Origin: Schmidtea polychroa
Taxonomy: Eukaryota
Length of the DNA stretch: 64,000 nt
Reading direction: 5' to 3'
NCBI GenBank assembly: GCA_044892525.1
Contig: CM097885.1
Location: forward strand, 36,582,001 to 36,646,000
Shown: one piece after another, positions 1 to 14,257 of the stretch
Numbering within the stretch: the stretch's first letter is position 1
Layout of the letters: every line of letters starts with the position of its first letter
Made by a program: the position numbers and the translations under genes
The notes under the pieces: model-generated
What the model saw: only the letters and a program-made list of their open reading frames with translations
Told to the model about the DNA's origin: nothing
The model's database searches: none

Positions 1-1075
1 CAGGGGTGGAATCCACAGACATTCCAAAATATTTTGATTGTTTGATGTCATCAGAAATCGACTTCAATACTGTTTTTGCCATCAGATCGAGCAATTCCTC
101 AAAAATTGTTTTAGAGAGATAAGAAGTTTTTCCAGATCCTGGATTACCAAACTTTCTAATGTGCTCTGCTAAAAATGGATCAAATTTTGCAATAAGTTCC
201 AAGAGTCCAATGAAATTGCCACGTCCTTCCATTCCAAAAATTTCATTTGATCCTCGAAATGGTAAATTTCGTTCAACAATGGTGCAAATAACAGCTACAA
301 CTCGTTCTAAGACTTTTCTCCAGTAAATCCTTTCTTGTTGTATTTCTTTTTGCAATTGATCCGACACAGAATAGTTACTTTTTCTAGTTAAATATGTAAC
401 TAAAGCATTACGATGTTCAGAAGAGTTTTGATGGCTTTTGATTGAGGAACCAGCATTTTTCCAATCTCGCAGGCCATTGGTTGCTAAATTGAAATTTGAA
501 GCAGTGAGTAATTTGCAAACAAAACAAAAAACATTTCCAATTTTAGGCGAATATACAAGCCATTCGCGAGTGTACTTTTCTCCATTTGTTTTTTCATCAA
601 AGAATAAAGTCTTAGAGCAATATCGAACAGTATTGTCATTATAGAGCTGTTTGGAAGAATGAAAGTTTTCTGTTGAATGTTGGCAACTTTCAGGGCCCTT
701 CTCAATCCAGTACAAAGTGTCTTCAGAAGACAATTCTCTCCATAATCCTACGTCATTCTCACGATTTGCATTTGGAGATGATTCAATCAGGGATTCCACT
801 AAATTTTCATTATTAATGTTATCTACCAGCTCCAAATTATTTTCGAAATAATTAAAAACTTGATTTGAACTTCCAGTGAAAATAGGTTGATTTGAAGTAC
901 TGGAAGAGACCTCTATTTGGTCGCTTTGGTGCCGATCTTCTTGTGCTACAAATTCACTTTCAGTTGCAGAATCTTTAGTGAAAAAACAATCTAGCTTAGG
1001 AATTTTCTTAATTTCTTCTTCTCTCTCTGCTTATTTCTTCCTTTTAAACGCTCCGCTTGCGTAGTTTCGTTTCAT
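1..1075 (-). pseudogene. hAT transposase remnant (TTF-type zinc finger plus DUF4371)
   Basis: Manual translation: MKRNYASGAFKRKK* (in-frame stop at 1033-1031), then in shifted frames GEKYTREWLVYSPKIGNVFCFVCKLL, GLRDWKNA..SHQNSSEH, ERNLPFRGSNE..GRGNFIGLLELIAKFDPFLAEH..TSYLSKTIFEELL..SKYFGMSVDSTP. Confidence 0.9.
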
Positions 1076-1670
1076 TCTATCTTAAATTTAATTAAAGTAT
1101 TTTTTAATTAAATTGATTAAATAATTTTAATATTTTTATACTATACCTAGATCTTAACAATTAATCAATTAAAAAAAAGCCTCACTTCGTCCTAAAATTG
1201 TTTTATTTTAAATTTTTTATTTTTAAGCCGATTTCCTTTGAAATAATTTTTTTCTTTTGTGTATAAAATTTTTACCAACACTCCAAAAATATATGTTTCT
1301 ACACAATAACAATTCGATTCCCGCCTTCGCAAATTTCAACCGACAAACTCCACTAATTATAACCCCCTTGGAGGTTGCGGAAATAAAGAAAAAATATTTT
1401 TTCAACTATAACAACTTTTAAAATTATTGGGGCCCCAAATTATTGATATTTTAGAAAATTTCCTTAAATAAAAAAATACGTACAATGTTTTTTTAATTCT
1501 TTATATAATACATGTATTTTATACTGTATTTTAATTTTTTTATATTTTAGTATATAAAAAATCCATTAAAAAAATATTTTTTTTGTGGCCTCTTAGATGA
1601 TTTCGATTTTGGGGCCCCCAAAACTGCGAGCCCCTAGGCAGTGCCTAGTCTGCCTATAGGTAAATCCGGA
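1..1670 (-). mobile_element. hAT DNA transposon (ZMYM1/DUF4371-type), 5' part; runs off the window start
   Basis: Decayed transposase at 1075->1. A GC-rich terminal-like sequence on the minus strand at ~1670-1610 (TCCGGATTTACCCTATAGGCAGACTAGGCACTGCCTAGGGGC...GGGGGCCCC) resembles ends of this hAT group. Confidence 0.8.
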
Positions 1671-2138
1671 ATAGCATGTTAAGTAAATATAATTCATCTG
1701 ATAATATATTAGATAATAATATTTGATAAAACGAGTAATAATACATTTTCAAAATAGTTCAAGTGTAAATGAAAATGCATTTTTTTACCATGTTGATACT
1801 CGCATGTTTTACTCATTTTGTAGTGAATACGAAAATAGAAGTATTAAACAACGCTTAGAATGTTTTAATCGATGATATATATCTTGCTTAAATGATTCTA
1901 AAACATATAATAGCTCTTGTTTGAGATGATCACCACGGTTTTACAAAGGACAGTGCCATACGAGTGTATGTTATTATAAACTTCTAATTATAAAGGTATA
2001 TTAAAACTCAAATTATTTAACTTACAAGTATTCGGCTGCTTGTTTACCAATGAAAATAAATCAAGCGTAACAGTTGTTTTAAACATTTACTATAAATTTA
2101 ATAAAAACCATTGATTTATTTAGTTTTTTATTAATTAT

Positions 2139-2859
2139 TGTCGAACCCATATGTTACGCACGCTCATATCTTACGCAAAAATTTTTTTATTCTACACAAA
2201 GAAACAAATTAGATAAAAAAGCATAAGAAGCAATAAAAACACCAAAATATTATATAAAAAGCAATTAAATAATGAAATTTAATTATTGTTTTTCTAAATT
2301 TTTGATATTAAACAAGAAGATGCATATCGCGTTATTCTTTCCCTTTTGAAGCCCGCGTACAATTATATTGAGTTTTCATACATTGCTTTCATCCCAGTGT
2401 GGTCAGGGAGATGCAATCTTTCAAATAAATTGTGCAGGCCAACTTCATCATCATTTGCAATGATATCTTTGTTACATTCTCCTGATTTTAGATAAAGCTT
2501 ATTTTCCACTTCAATAAAGTTTTCAGCTTTCTTTATAAAATTTCTTTTTGAATGTCTATCTAAGTCAGTAATCCAACTACTTCCTTGATTTAGACAAGTT
2601 TTAATTTTTTCAATTTCTTCTAGTGTCAAAATGTATTTCATTTTCGGGATTTAAATTCCCTCCAAATTTTCCCGCCAAAAGCTATAAAAACAAAATAAAA
2701 CTTTACCCCTAAGATTTAAAAGACATGACATAAACTAAAATAAGGAAAAAGAATATAAAAAAAGAACTTTGCTAGATAAGCGATTTTTTAATAAATTTGT
2801 ATTAGTAATTTTTTTCTTTTTGCGTAAGATATGGGCGTGCGTAACATATGGGTTCGACA
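2139..2859 (-). mobile_element. Ginger-like (Gypsy-integrase-related) DNA transposon, internally deleted
   Basis: TIRs of ~40 bp: TGTCGAACCCATATGTTACGCACG(C)TCATATCTTACGCAAAA at 2139 and its near-perfect inverse ending at 2859 (TGT...ACA ends). ATTAT is duplicated on both flanks (2134-2138, 2860-2864). Confidence 0.75.
2363..2641 (-). pseudogene. N-terminal fragment of an integrase-like transposase (start of the H2C2 zinc-binding region)
   Basis: ORF inside the TIR pair. ...RLHLPDHTGMKAMY resembles the H-x3-H-x-G motif of Gypsy/Ginger integrases. It is truncated by a stop. Confidence 0.6.
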
Positions 2860-3214
2860 ATTATTAATTAAAAAAAAACTATAATAATACCAAATTTGAT
2901 TTTGATAATCAGAAATAATTATAAAAAGCAATTATGAATAATTTAAGCTAGTTCCACCGAAATGCAGACTTTATAATATTTCTTATATCTTTCATTATGC
3001 TTAAAGATCTTTTATTGCTTAACTGAAATATTTTTTGATGAAAATTCAAACTAATTTTAAAATAAATAATTAAATAAATATGGCATTGAATTAATTTTAT
3101 GAACTTTTAATAATTATTGTAAACGTATAATTTGTTATGCTTTGTTGATTAAATCATTGGATTCGAAAATTAATGTGCAAAATGTTGTGAACCCTTGTGT
3201 TTCGAATTTTTTAA

Positions 3215-3376
3215 CCCTTTAACACAAGTTGAAATTGATACGCTTGCGCATCATATGCGGTGCACAATTTGTCGATGTCAACTACATTTCAACTATTTTG
3301 ATTTGATACTGATTGATAACGAGTAAAAATTACGCGAACCATATGTAATGCATAGAGCGTCTGACTAGTTAAAAGT
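3215..3376. mobile_element. Possible short piggyBac-type MITE
   Basis: TTAA on both sides (3211-3214, 3377-3380) and an imperfect short TIR, CCCTTTAAC / GTTAAAAGT. Confidence 0.3.
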
Positions 3377-6300
3377 TTAAATATTGCTCTGTACATGGCA
3401 TTTATTTACTATGTGGACAGTCCAAGTGTTAAATAGTTTGAGTTGTAAATTGTTGGTATGTGAATTTTAAATTAAATTATTGAGTTAAATAAATTTAAAA
3501 TAAACTATTTTTGCAACTTTATATATAGCCCTTCCAAATGTATATTCTAGAAAATGAAAAGGTTTTGGTTTAAAGGTTTTATTGACACCGATCACATACA
3601 TTCTTATTTCACTTCATTTCACTCTCACACATTCTTGCACCAGTTATCAAATATCGAGGTCATAGTGACCCGGTTTTGTAATTAGTTCATTATAAATTAT
3701 TATCTCATCTTACAACATGTATTAGACTCTAATAATTAGAGTATGAACATTATAGTTAATTTATATAATATAAAATATGGGTGATTTAGGAAATGATAAT
3801 GACAATATAAATGAATTAGGTTGTACGACTTATATGTATTTGGTAGTAAAAACGCGGTTAATGCAAGAGTTTTTAGGATTATTTACAGAAGTTTAAGCAA
3901 AGAATCAGTGCTTATGTGAATACTTTAATACAGATGAGCCACCTTTGATTTTCTTTTCAAACTTTCGAATAATATAATTAATTTAAGTAATTTTAGATAT
4001 TGTTGATATGATCATGAATAAAAAGTAATGATTGAGAATCACGGTTGATACAGTGCACTATTATATATTTAGTGTAATTTAGGTATTTGTTAATATTTTT
4101 GGGAGTTATTACTAAAACTAATATATATATATATATATATATATATAAGGAAGGTATAACAAATATTGTTAAAATCAGTAAAAAGTATAAAATTAATTAA
4201 AATTCACTAAAAATCGAACATCTATACTGAACGAGGAAACGGGTATGGTACGCCAAATTGAAAGACAAATTAAGAAATTATAATCAAAATTTTAAAAGAG
4301 GTTCACAGGAAAAGTTAATTAATTAATCCGTAATGGGAAGTCCAAGCCCATGGGAAATCCGAGCGCTGAAGGGAACACTCCAGCGCAAATTCGGGGTAAA
4401 CAAATTAGAATGACTTAATAACCCTCAAATATTTACCCAAGATTCCCGAAAGATAATTATTTGCAATAATCCTGATTTCTAAAAAAAATTTCCATCTCAG
4501 AAAAATATAAAAATAGAGCTCAAAAACAGACAAGCCGCCACTTGGTCGAAGAAACAAGAGAGAAATTCAGTCAATCAGCGATCAGTAGAAGAAATCAAGT
4601 AATTGAAAGCAAATTTTAACTCTCGCACCAGAAAAGGTGATTGCTTCTTGGGTTGTCTACCTTAGCGAGCAATACTTGTTGGACGAATTGTAATTTTGAT
4701 TCATTTGTTCAAATAAGAACACGAGGAGTCAGAGAAAACCGACTTGCAAAATAAAAACCTAACCATATGATACATAAATTATATATATATGTGTAATTGT
4801 TAATTTATGTTTTGAGATGTCTGAAACACGAATGACTTTGAGTTTAGTTTTAAGTTAATATTTGTATAGTGTAGATTTCACTAAATTCTTACTGTGAAAC
4901 ATCGGAAAAGTATCAAAAATACTTATCTTTACAAAACTTTAAGATAAATGTAGATGTAATTTATCTAATCAAACTAGTACAATCGAGAGATGGTCCTATT
5001 AATTAATTACCGTTTTAGTTTTCTTGAAGAAAGTCCCATAATATTTGGATCGTTGCTTGACACTAGGGGTGCTTAAATTTACATATAATTTAATATGCAA
5101 ATTTATTTGTTTTGCCACTGATATGTAGTGTTGTACTTGAAATAGTACAAAGTCATCACAAAATAAAGTTACTCCTGTGTATGATAAATCCCAATGTCGC
5201 TGTCGTGTTTGATTAAGTTTTACAGTATAGCTGAAACAGTAACCGGAATTAGTGATGTAGGTACGCAAGAAACAAAATCATATCCATTCATGGTCTTTTA
5301 AAAAACGTTTATTCTATGGAAAAATATAATTTACATAAAGCCAATAGTAAATTGAAATGCAAATAATTACAAAATAAATTTATATTTATTCTATGCTCTT
5401 CTATGTTACTCGTAGAAATCTTTAAATATATATTTATTTGCATTTTATTTCCTACAAGAATATTTTCATTTATATATTTAGATCTTAGCAAACGAACCAT
5501 CTTGGATATAATGCTTATTCTTATCAATCAACTAATAAAAAATATACATGATAAATATACATTTATAAGCAATCATACAGTCATGCAGTTATAATGAACA
5601 ATTTATGATAAACAGTTTATAATGAACAGTTGCTTGTTTACATATTGTCATATTGTGTGTGTGTGAGTGCGTGTGTAAATGTGAGCATGCAGCATGTTGA
5701 ATGTGTTGGTGACCTTTGTTCCCATTGCTGTTCAAATTTGCACGGCAGACGTTCATTATAAATTGCAATATGTAAATAACTGCCCGACTGGAAACATTTG
5801 GTAGGCCAGGGTATATTGATGGATCTATATTTGAGTAAAGAATATTGTTATTAATATAATTTGTCTCATAAATATTTCATTAAAATTATTATTATTTTTT
5901 TTAATATTGTAAAATTGTTAAGTTTACCTTAGTAAAAGTAAAAATTGAAATCAGAAATTACTAAAAATAAATTAATTTATAACAACAAAAAAGCCAACAA
6001 ATCGTTTGGTTCTAATTGTCTATTTCTTGCATCAAATTCTTGATGTCAAAAGTAATAATTTAACTGATAATCTAAAAACCATCTTGATATTATTTAACAA
6101 TAAACTTTGGCAAAACATTTAATAAGTTTTATTAAAAGCTGCTAACACATCTTCTAAATTATTTTTACATCCGGTTCAAAAGTTAACGACATAATTCTAA
6201 GTTTTTATTTAATGAAATGTTGTATAATTTCCAAACAAATTTTCAGCGTTGAATAAAATATTTCAAAAAACCATTTATTAAAATTTCGATTTTTAAAATA

Positions 6301-7841
6301 TATTTATTTTAAATATATTAATTTAAAAATTTAAAAATTTCAGTTTAAAAATTATTTTCAAAGTTATTTTAAATAGCCAATTATTTATCATTTAAAATTA
6401 TCTTATTAATCTTTTGAAATATTCAACTCTCAACTAAAAACACCTCACAAGTTTAATGAAAATGGAACCTATATAACTAACAGACGAAACATGATCTTGA
6501 AAGCTAAATATATTATTAAAGTTAAGTCAAAGTGAAATCTCCCTGAAAGCCGTTTATCTGTTAATTAAGCAAAAATAAAAGAAAGCGAAGTCAAGATTCA
6601 GAAAAGCCATTGATCTTCTATATCAGAGGTTGGAGTAAGCTACTAGTAGTATGTGATCATTGATAATATTTAATAATGCTGTTTACCCTAAAAGATTACA
6701 TAATTATCACTTTATTATTTAACCGACTTTTCAAGACAATATTTTTTAAAGCATTTGGACTTCTTAAGGTTTTAAATTAAGATTTAACCGATTGTCTTAT
6801 TGAAACTAATAGCCAGTAATGAGGTTTAGTTATTGAATGGAATACGAAAGATCTTTGATTATGTGATGTAATGTGTTCCAATAACAGATTCATTTTAAAG
6901 ATGTAAGTTGTAAGAGACTAGCTGTTAAGTACTCAAATCTCTCTCACCCTTGGCATACTCAAACCTTTTCAACAAAACCTTAGAGTCAAATTCCAATAAG
7001 ATGAGAAAATCACTGCAACTCTAAAAATAAATAAAATCTTTTATCTAGCTTATCATTGACCGATTATTTTCATTTCTGATTCTTTTATCATTCTTTTGAG
7101 AATATAAATCAATATTTTCATTTTTAATCTAAAATAAAAATTTGAGAAATTAGAATTCTAAAAAAACATTTTCTAAACATTTTACAGTCTACGAATTTGA
7201 TGTAAATCTTTATCATTATTTTAAAATGATTTGTAAATATTTTTGTTTACAAAAAAAATCTAAAATGCTCAATATTAAATTAATTTATTATTAAAATTAA
7301 TTTCCATTTCTAATAAGCTAATTTTCTAAGTTAAATTATATAATAAAAAATTTTCTAATGGAAAAAAATTTATAAGAATTTTTATATTGAAATTGAAACG
7401 AAAACTCGAACTAATTGTAATATCTTGTTGAACCATGAAAACATCCTGATTTCTATGTTGAAAGTATAATTTATATAAAATAGTTTATTAGATAATATTG
7501 CGATAAAATTGAAAAACAAATTCTAATATTTTTATAAAAATACATTTATTTATATTATTAATTAATGAGGTTGTCTGAATATTTTTACAATGGAATAATG
7601 AACCGTTTCATTCGTTCGATCTTCTCTGTTATTTGTGATTATTGTTTCCTCTGTAATATTCATTTACCATATGTAGTTGATTAATAATTTAAAGTATTTC
7701 TGACTTCGGCTCAACTGACAAATCTTATAGTAAAGAATACATAAATTATTGTCACAATTGTACGACATTTGGCCAACGAGAGCATAAAAAATCTAATTAG
7801 AAGACCATAATGTTATAACAGAAATTTCCATTTTTAATATT

Positions 7842-7953
<112 letters not shown>

Positions 7954-8450
7954 ATATTATTATTAAACAAGTAAATGATAAGGTAAGCATTTATATAATG
8001 TCAAGAAGAAATGAAATATTAAATAATATCAAATCAGTTAATAATACCAATAAAATACATAGATATTTCAGTGTTCGTAAATAAATGTTTGTCAAAGAAA
8101 ATATCAAAAATAAACAAAACAACAAATATTGTGGTACTTTTTTAATAATAGAAAAAATTCATAAAAATAGTTATTTTAAAAATTTTCGATATTGAAAAAA
8201 AGAAAAAAGAGATGTAGAATGGCTAAATCCATTTAAGACTAGGGATATATGGTGTTGTGATGTAATTCTATCATGACTTTTGAAGTCTGTGCCCTTTTAC
8301 TATGTTATGTAAATTTGTATAATTAATGTGCATGAATGCATGGGTGTTTGATTGGTTATCTTGATTGTATTGGTTCTAAGATCATATCATTGGTCATTAG
8401 TTATTCAACTCATACATAATTATACATGTGTTAAAAAGACATGCAATATT

Positions 8451-8571
8451 ATAAGAATTTTTTTTTCCAATTTCACCATTAATTTATTTTCCATTGACAT
8501 AGTATTTATTAAAAATCTTGACTATGTGTTTGATATATTTACTGTCTCATAGTCAAGATTTTTAATAAATA
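8451..8571. repeat. Family C-related 3'-end fragment with foldback, followed by (AAT)n
   Basis: ATAAGAA...CAATTTCACCA...TTTATTAAAAA matches the copies at 45188 and 58633. Perfect inverted repeat GTATTTATTAAAAATCTTGACTATG / CATAGTCAAGATTTTTAATAAATAC. Confidence 0.6.
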
Positions 8572-8572
8572 C

Positions 8573-8622
<50 letters not shown>

Positions 8623-9479
8623 TAATAATAATAATAAATAATTTATTATCAATTTCAACTATCAAAAGATAATATAAAACATGTTGGTTTAAATAACATG
8701 AAAATATTTCAAGTCAAATCAAAATTTAAAGTAAATAATTAGATCAGATTATAAAAGTTAGTATATTCGGATTCAGATCAAATAAACAAAGTAGCAGATC
8801 TGAACTTGACAGAAATTAAATTAGGGTTCACATTCAGCCTCTAAAAATTATTGTTTTTTATGCGTGTCATTTTTAGTCTTTTAATATATTACTAGTTAAA
8901 ACAATTTTTATCTACAACAAATATCAAAAAATCCAACTGCTTCACTTTCCGAATATAACCTAACATCTTTTAATAAATAGTTTGATATTATTATTCAAAG
9001 TTTGGATCTGAAATATATTGAAAAAAAACACAGTAAATATGAAGTGACTGAAATTTAATGGAATACTTCAAAGAAACCAATTTGATCAAACAAATATTTT
9101 GCAAAGGAGCAATTTCTTTCTGATATTTTTGTTGATATTTTTATGTGATATTGAATTTTAACATGGTAAAATATAATAAATAGGACATATAAGAACCACT
9201 ATTAAATTTTTTAAAAGTCATTATAAAAATGTATTAATTTTAATTTTTTTCGTAATTTTTGAAGACATTAAAATGACGACAATCTTAACTATCATACAAT
9301 TTGGATATCATTGAAATTTTTATTCAATCATTTATAGTTTTTTCCCCCAGCTGAAATGATTAAAAAAATTGTGGAACCTGAAAAATTGTTTTTGCCTTTC
9401 ATTAACTTTCAAAACATTTTTCAGATCAAACACATTTTCAAAATAGAAGAATAATTCTAATATTTCAATAAACACTGCA

Positions 9480-10717
9480 AAGATTTTATTAATAAAAATC
9501 GCCATTCGTACATCTTTTTCACTATATATTTCGATAGCATCACTATCATCATCAGGTTGCCTACATTCACGACGGATGAATAACTATACAATATTGATAA
9601 TTTATAAACAAATTATAAAATCTATAAATTTTTAAATTTAAATAACAATTTTAAATAATTATTTTTAAAAATAATTTTCAACAATCAATTATTTTATACT
9701 TTTAAAATTTTATTTTAAATATTTTTTTAATTATTTAACATAACTACTATTCAATATACATCAACATACATAAACTTAATTAAAAACATTCAACACACAA
9801 GTATTCACTGCATTCTGCACATTGATTTTAGGATTAAATTAATAATGCTTCACATATCACACGCTCAAAACAATTATCAAATTTTTTGATAAGATTTTAA
9901 AATCCGACATTCCTAATTCTCTCATACAGACTTAATTATGATCCCTAATATTGGACACTCTCTTCGGTCGACAGTGTTCTTGAACTCGAGTACAGAGATG
10001 ATGGGAAGTCTCTCCAATGTATGTGGCATTACTCCCATTACATGTGAATTGATAAACGAGATCCGAACACAATCCAACCGGCATTTGAGATTTACTAACA
10101 AACATACTACGTACTTTGTACGATTTTGAAACCATTTTATAATTCAATTTACCCACTGTTTACCTATCTTTCTTTTGAAATCTTTATATCCTTCAAAATA
10201 CAGCAATACCATCGTATATTTTGGCTCATCTTGTTTGTTAGTATCAATACTCATATTCACTACATCATTTGACATATCAGTCAATTTACATTCATTCATA
10301 TTACGATTCTTAGCATTATTCATACATTTATCAAAAGTCTCTTTCAACGTTAACAATAAACCCCGTTTTGAGTAGCCAATCTTCACCAGTAATTCAACTA
10401 ATTTATCTACAATTTTTACTGAATTTTTAAAAGTGGATGATAAGCACCATGATCGATAAACTAATCCTTTCACCATATTTCTTTTATATTTAAATTCACA
10501 AAAACTCTCTGGGGTAGTTTAGAGGCCGGTATCTGTTGGTTTTATATAAATTTCTGTCTCATATTGTTCATCTTTACGTTTAATTAACAAGTCAAGAAAT
10601 GCTATGGGTGAACCCTTCTCAGTTTCACATGTGAATAAAATGTTTTTATACAATCCATTCATGTAATGTAAAAAAGGTTTCACATGTTCCTTATTTTTAA
10701 ATATCAGAAAAATATCC
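9480..10717 (-). mobile_element. Penelope-like retroelement, family A, 5'-truncated (RT C-terminus, GIY-YIG endonuclease, 3' pLTR)
   Basis: Minus-strand translation: DIFLIFKNKEHVKPFLHYMNGLYKNILFTCETEKGSPIAFLDLLI..YIKPTDTGL*..MVKGLVYRSWCLSS, then LVYQFTCNGSNATYIGETSHHLCTRVQEH. Stops and frameshifts are present. Confidence 0.92.
9517..9560 (-). ncRNA. Minimal type-I hammerhead ribozyme motif (family A pLTR)
   Basis: Minus strand: AAC-CTGATGA-T-GATAG-TGATG-CTATC-GAAA-TATA-TA|GTG. Stem II is a perfect 5 bp and stem III is palindromic. Confidence 0.8.
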
Positions 10718-11574
10718 TTTTATACACAATTGGTTTTTCTTGACTTGTTTTAATCTGAAAAGAGGAACGACACCTGTACATTCACAAGTCAGTTAAAATT
10801 GAGATAAATAACATTTTGTATGTAATAAGATTTAACTGATTTAAATAAATCTCATTTGCTTACAATTCTTATGTTTTCCGTTGAATGTCAAACAACAGTA
10901 GAGACCGTGAAAGAAATAGGACACATCTTCCATCAATAGTTCATGGACTCATGAGAATGTTAGCTAATTGTAGTTCAGAAGAATGAGCTAACTTTTTACT
11001 AACAAGCATCTATTCAACCAATGTTGACCATATAATGAGTGTCAAGTGGTACGGAAGCTTTGTATTATGGGTTACGCGGGAAATAGCACAAAAAGGTATA
11101 ATTTTGGTTATCTCTAACCCATTACAAATGAACTGTTAAAAAGCGAAGCAAGAAATCATTTCCAATACTACAGAAAACTCAAACGTTTCCTATCGTAAAT
11201 CTCTGAAAAATAACATATATTCCCCAAACTTTCTGAAGTGGTTGCACAATATTTAATTGCCACACAATTATTTTTATTTTTTAAAATGCCAATATTTTCT
11301 CTTAATAAACAAAAAAATACTTCTAGGAATTGTTTGAAATTTTACATATTTCAGTTAAGAGATGAAACACTTCGCTAAATTGGATATTTCAACTTTTTGA
11401 TTTTACTATATTTGTTTTTTAATATTTTTAATAATTTAAAAACATTTTACAATTATCAATTTTTTTCCTTAAGTGGAATATTTTTGTTAAAATGTGCAAA
11501 TTACTTACTAAATTATTCTATCATTATTATTATTATTATTAATATTATTATTATTAATATTATTATTGTTGTTA

Positions 11575-11752
11575 TTAAAGTAATAATTTCTTGGTTTCAG
11601 CTTTAATTAAATTTTGAACAATTAAATAATAATTTAAGCCTTATGCTGCGAATATTTAATACAAATGAAAAAATTTCAACTATAATATAGTCCTTTTCAA
11701 TTTCTTAGAATTCAGTTACTTCTATTTTATATCATTTTTCTTACTTCTCATT
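11575..11752 (-). mobile_element. PLE family B 3'-end fragment between ATT tracts
   Basis: Homologous to 30430-30633 and 35475-35622. Contains TTGAAAA-G-GACTA-TATTA-TAGTT-GAAA on the minus strand. Confidence 0.7.
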
Positions 11753-11837
11753 ATTATTATTATTTTTTTTTGAATAAATAATCAAACATACATGGCAATG
11801 ATTTAATTATAAGATAACGCCAATCAAACATTCTTTT

Positions 11838-11876
11838 CGCGATATATTTCGACAGTTTTCCTCTCATCATCAGGCG
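11838..11876 (-). ncRNA. Minimal hammerhead motif (family A, inverted pLTR copy)
   Basis: CGC-CTGATGA-T-GAGAG-GAAAA-CTGTC-GAAA-TATA-TC|GCG. Confidence 0.75.
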
Positions 11877-12548
11877 GGATATAATGACTATGTAAATTAT
11901 GGATTTTAAACAAATTTATTAATTTTATAAAAACTTTTTTATTTAAAAAAAATATTTAATTATTTTTAAAATTTATAATTAAATATATATATTATTTTTA
12001 AAAATTTTAAACATTCAAAATTTAATGTAAACTGATTTGGTGTACATGTAACGGGTGTAATACCACATACATTGGAGAGACTTCCCGTCATCTCTGTAAT
12101 CGAGCTCGAGAACATTGTAGACCGAAGGCTTTGACCCATATTAGTGAGCACAGTAAGGGCTGTAAGATTAAAATAGGTATGTCTGATTTTAAAATTTTAT
12201 TACAAAATTTTGATAATTATTGAGAACGTGTGATTTGTGAGGCGTTGTTGATAAAGTCATTGAATCCAAAAATTAATGTGCAGATTGCAGTGAATACTTG
12301 TATTTTAAATGTTTTTAAATAATTTTTTTTCTTGTATATTGCATGTATTGATTGTTGTGTTAAATTAAATAATTCATAAAAATTTTTTAAATTATTAAAT
12401 TAAATTTTGAATGTTTAAAATTTTTAAAAATAATATATTAATTTAATTATAAATTTTAAAAATAATTAAATATTTTTTTTAAATAAAAAAGTTTTTATAA
12501 AATTAATAAATTTGTTTAAAATCCATAATTTACATAGTAATTATATCC

Positions 12549-12587
12549 CACCTGATGATGAGAGGAAAACTGTCGAAATATATCGTG
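12549..12587 (+). ncRNA. Minimal hammerhead motif (family A, 3' pLTR)
   Basis: CAC-CTGATGA-T-GAGAG-GAAAA-CTGTC-GAAA-TATA-TC|GTG. Confidence 0.75.
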
Positions 12588-12612
12588 AAAAGAATGTTTG
12601 ATTGGCGTTATC

Positions 12613-12790
<178 letters not shown>

Positions 12791-12825
12791 TAAGATTCCT
12801 TTAGAAGAACGAAATATTATTAAAT

Positions 12826-12853
12826 TCTGATTGGTTGATTATTTATCACCAAT
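12826..12853. promoter_or_regulatory. Two CCAAT-box motifs (TGATTGG, ACCAAT) ~70-90 nt upstream of the ATG
   Basis: Motif match and position only. Confidence 0.3.
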
Positions 12854-12918
12854 TATTTTCCAAGAAAACCATTAAAAATTTATAAATTAAAAATAATATT
12901 TCGACAATTAAAAATAAA

Positions 12919-13630
12919 ATGCATTCAAAAAATATTCTCGGAACAATAATTTTCTGTATCACTCAAATTTGTATTTGTGAATTTAATAAAAAAGATTTTT
13001 CCGATCATATTTTCTTACAGAATTTCTCTTCTCTCGTTTTGAAGCCATCTATTGAAATTTGTGATTATTCTGCAACAATTATGAAATTTGAAATTAAATT
13101 TGGTAAAACCTCAGGATTAATTTTCTATACAGAAGACTCTTTGACAAACACTTTTTCGTCATTGAAATTGCTCGACCATGGACGAGTTCGACTAGACATG
13201 GGAATATTTTATTCAAAAAATCAGTCCGACATAATTCCTGATTACATTTCATGTTACATAGATTTGTCGGATAATGTACAACTAATTCACAATTTATCAA
13301 ACGGTTGGTGCCATGTTGAAATCCAAATTAGTCAGCACGAACTCACACTAATTATTGATAAATCCAAAAACTCTCAAACATTCCCAAATTATTATTATAA
13401 AAAATTCCAACTTCATAAAACAAGAATTGGGAAATATTTGTATTTTGCAGGTTTGCCGCAAAAAATGAAACAAGACGCTACGAAACGCGTCCAATTTTCA
13501 TCCGCTGTCGAATCCTATTACAAGGGAGAAATTAAACATTTACAAACCTGGAATTGTCACAATAAAACTTTCTCTAAACCTTCTTTCGTTAATAGTGAAT
13601 TTTACAACAACTTTGAAACCGGAAATCCAG
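12919..13630 (+). CDS. First coding exon of a secreted or membrane laminin-G (LNS) domain protein, neurexin-superfamily-like
   Basis: Long clean ORF with a hydrophobic N-terminus (ILGTIIFCITQICIC). LamG hallmarks: FEIKFGKTSGLIFY, LKLLDHGRVRLDM, LSNGWCHVEI..LTLIID, LYFAGLP, YKGEIKHL. Ends at CCAG|GTTAAT (phase-1 donor at 13631). Confidence 0.85.
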
Positions 13631-14139
13631 GTTAATTGAATTTGATTAATAATTACAATAATTAAGTATGAGTATCAATTTCTTGATTAATCGAATTATT
13701 TTCTTTTATTATAATTTTAATTTCCGTTTCTACATTGAAAATCATTTTACAACTCTTAAAATGTCAGACAGTTATCATAAGTTATTATTAATGAGCTTAT
13801 TGGGAATTGAAATTTTAAGGCATTTTATGATAATATTTTCTGCAACATTACCAGTTTTGCTTCATTCCAGTAATTTTATTACTCTTTTTTTCAATGTATT
13901 CGTGAGCCTAATGTTAATTGGTATTTTAAATAACAAAAGCGACAGATTTTGAAACTATAGAAACAATAAGATTGTAAGTTATGTTACTTTAATCAAGTTA
14001 TGTACTCAATTGTTTTTGACTTCCAGATTGTGAAAGGTTTTGATATACAGTTAAATATTATATCCGCTTACGCGTTTCATCGAAAGCTTTTATCTTTGAC
14101 AATAAAATAGTGTGCTTATATCGTATAATTAAAATTCAA

Positions 14140-14164
14140 TAATAATAATAATAATAATAATAAA

Positions 14165-14256
<92 letters not shown>
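14140..14256. repeat. (AAT)n switching to (ATT)n microsatellite
   Basis: Read directly. Confidence 0.9.

Positions 14257-14257
<1 letters not shown>

Noticed and set aside
438..705. ORFs 438..644(+) and 484..705(-); likewise 9938, 10175, 13094, 20343, 34360, 34588 and 59099
   Set aside because: Antisense or off-frame shadows of the coding remnants already annotated.
4144..4774. Possible solo LTR between TA tracts (TATAAGG...GATACA)
   Set aside because: The 5' TG is missing, no TSD can be resolved in the TA flanks, and there is no second copy in the window.
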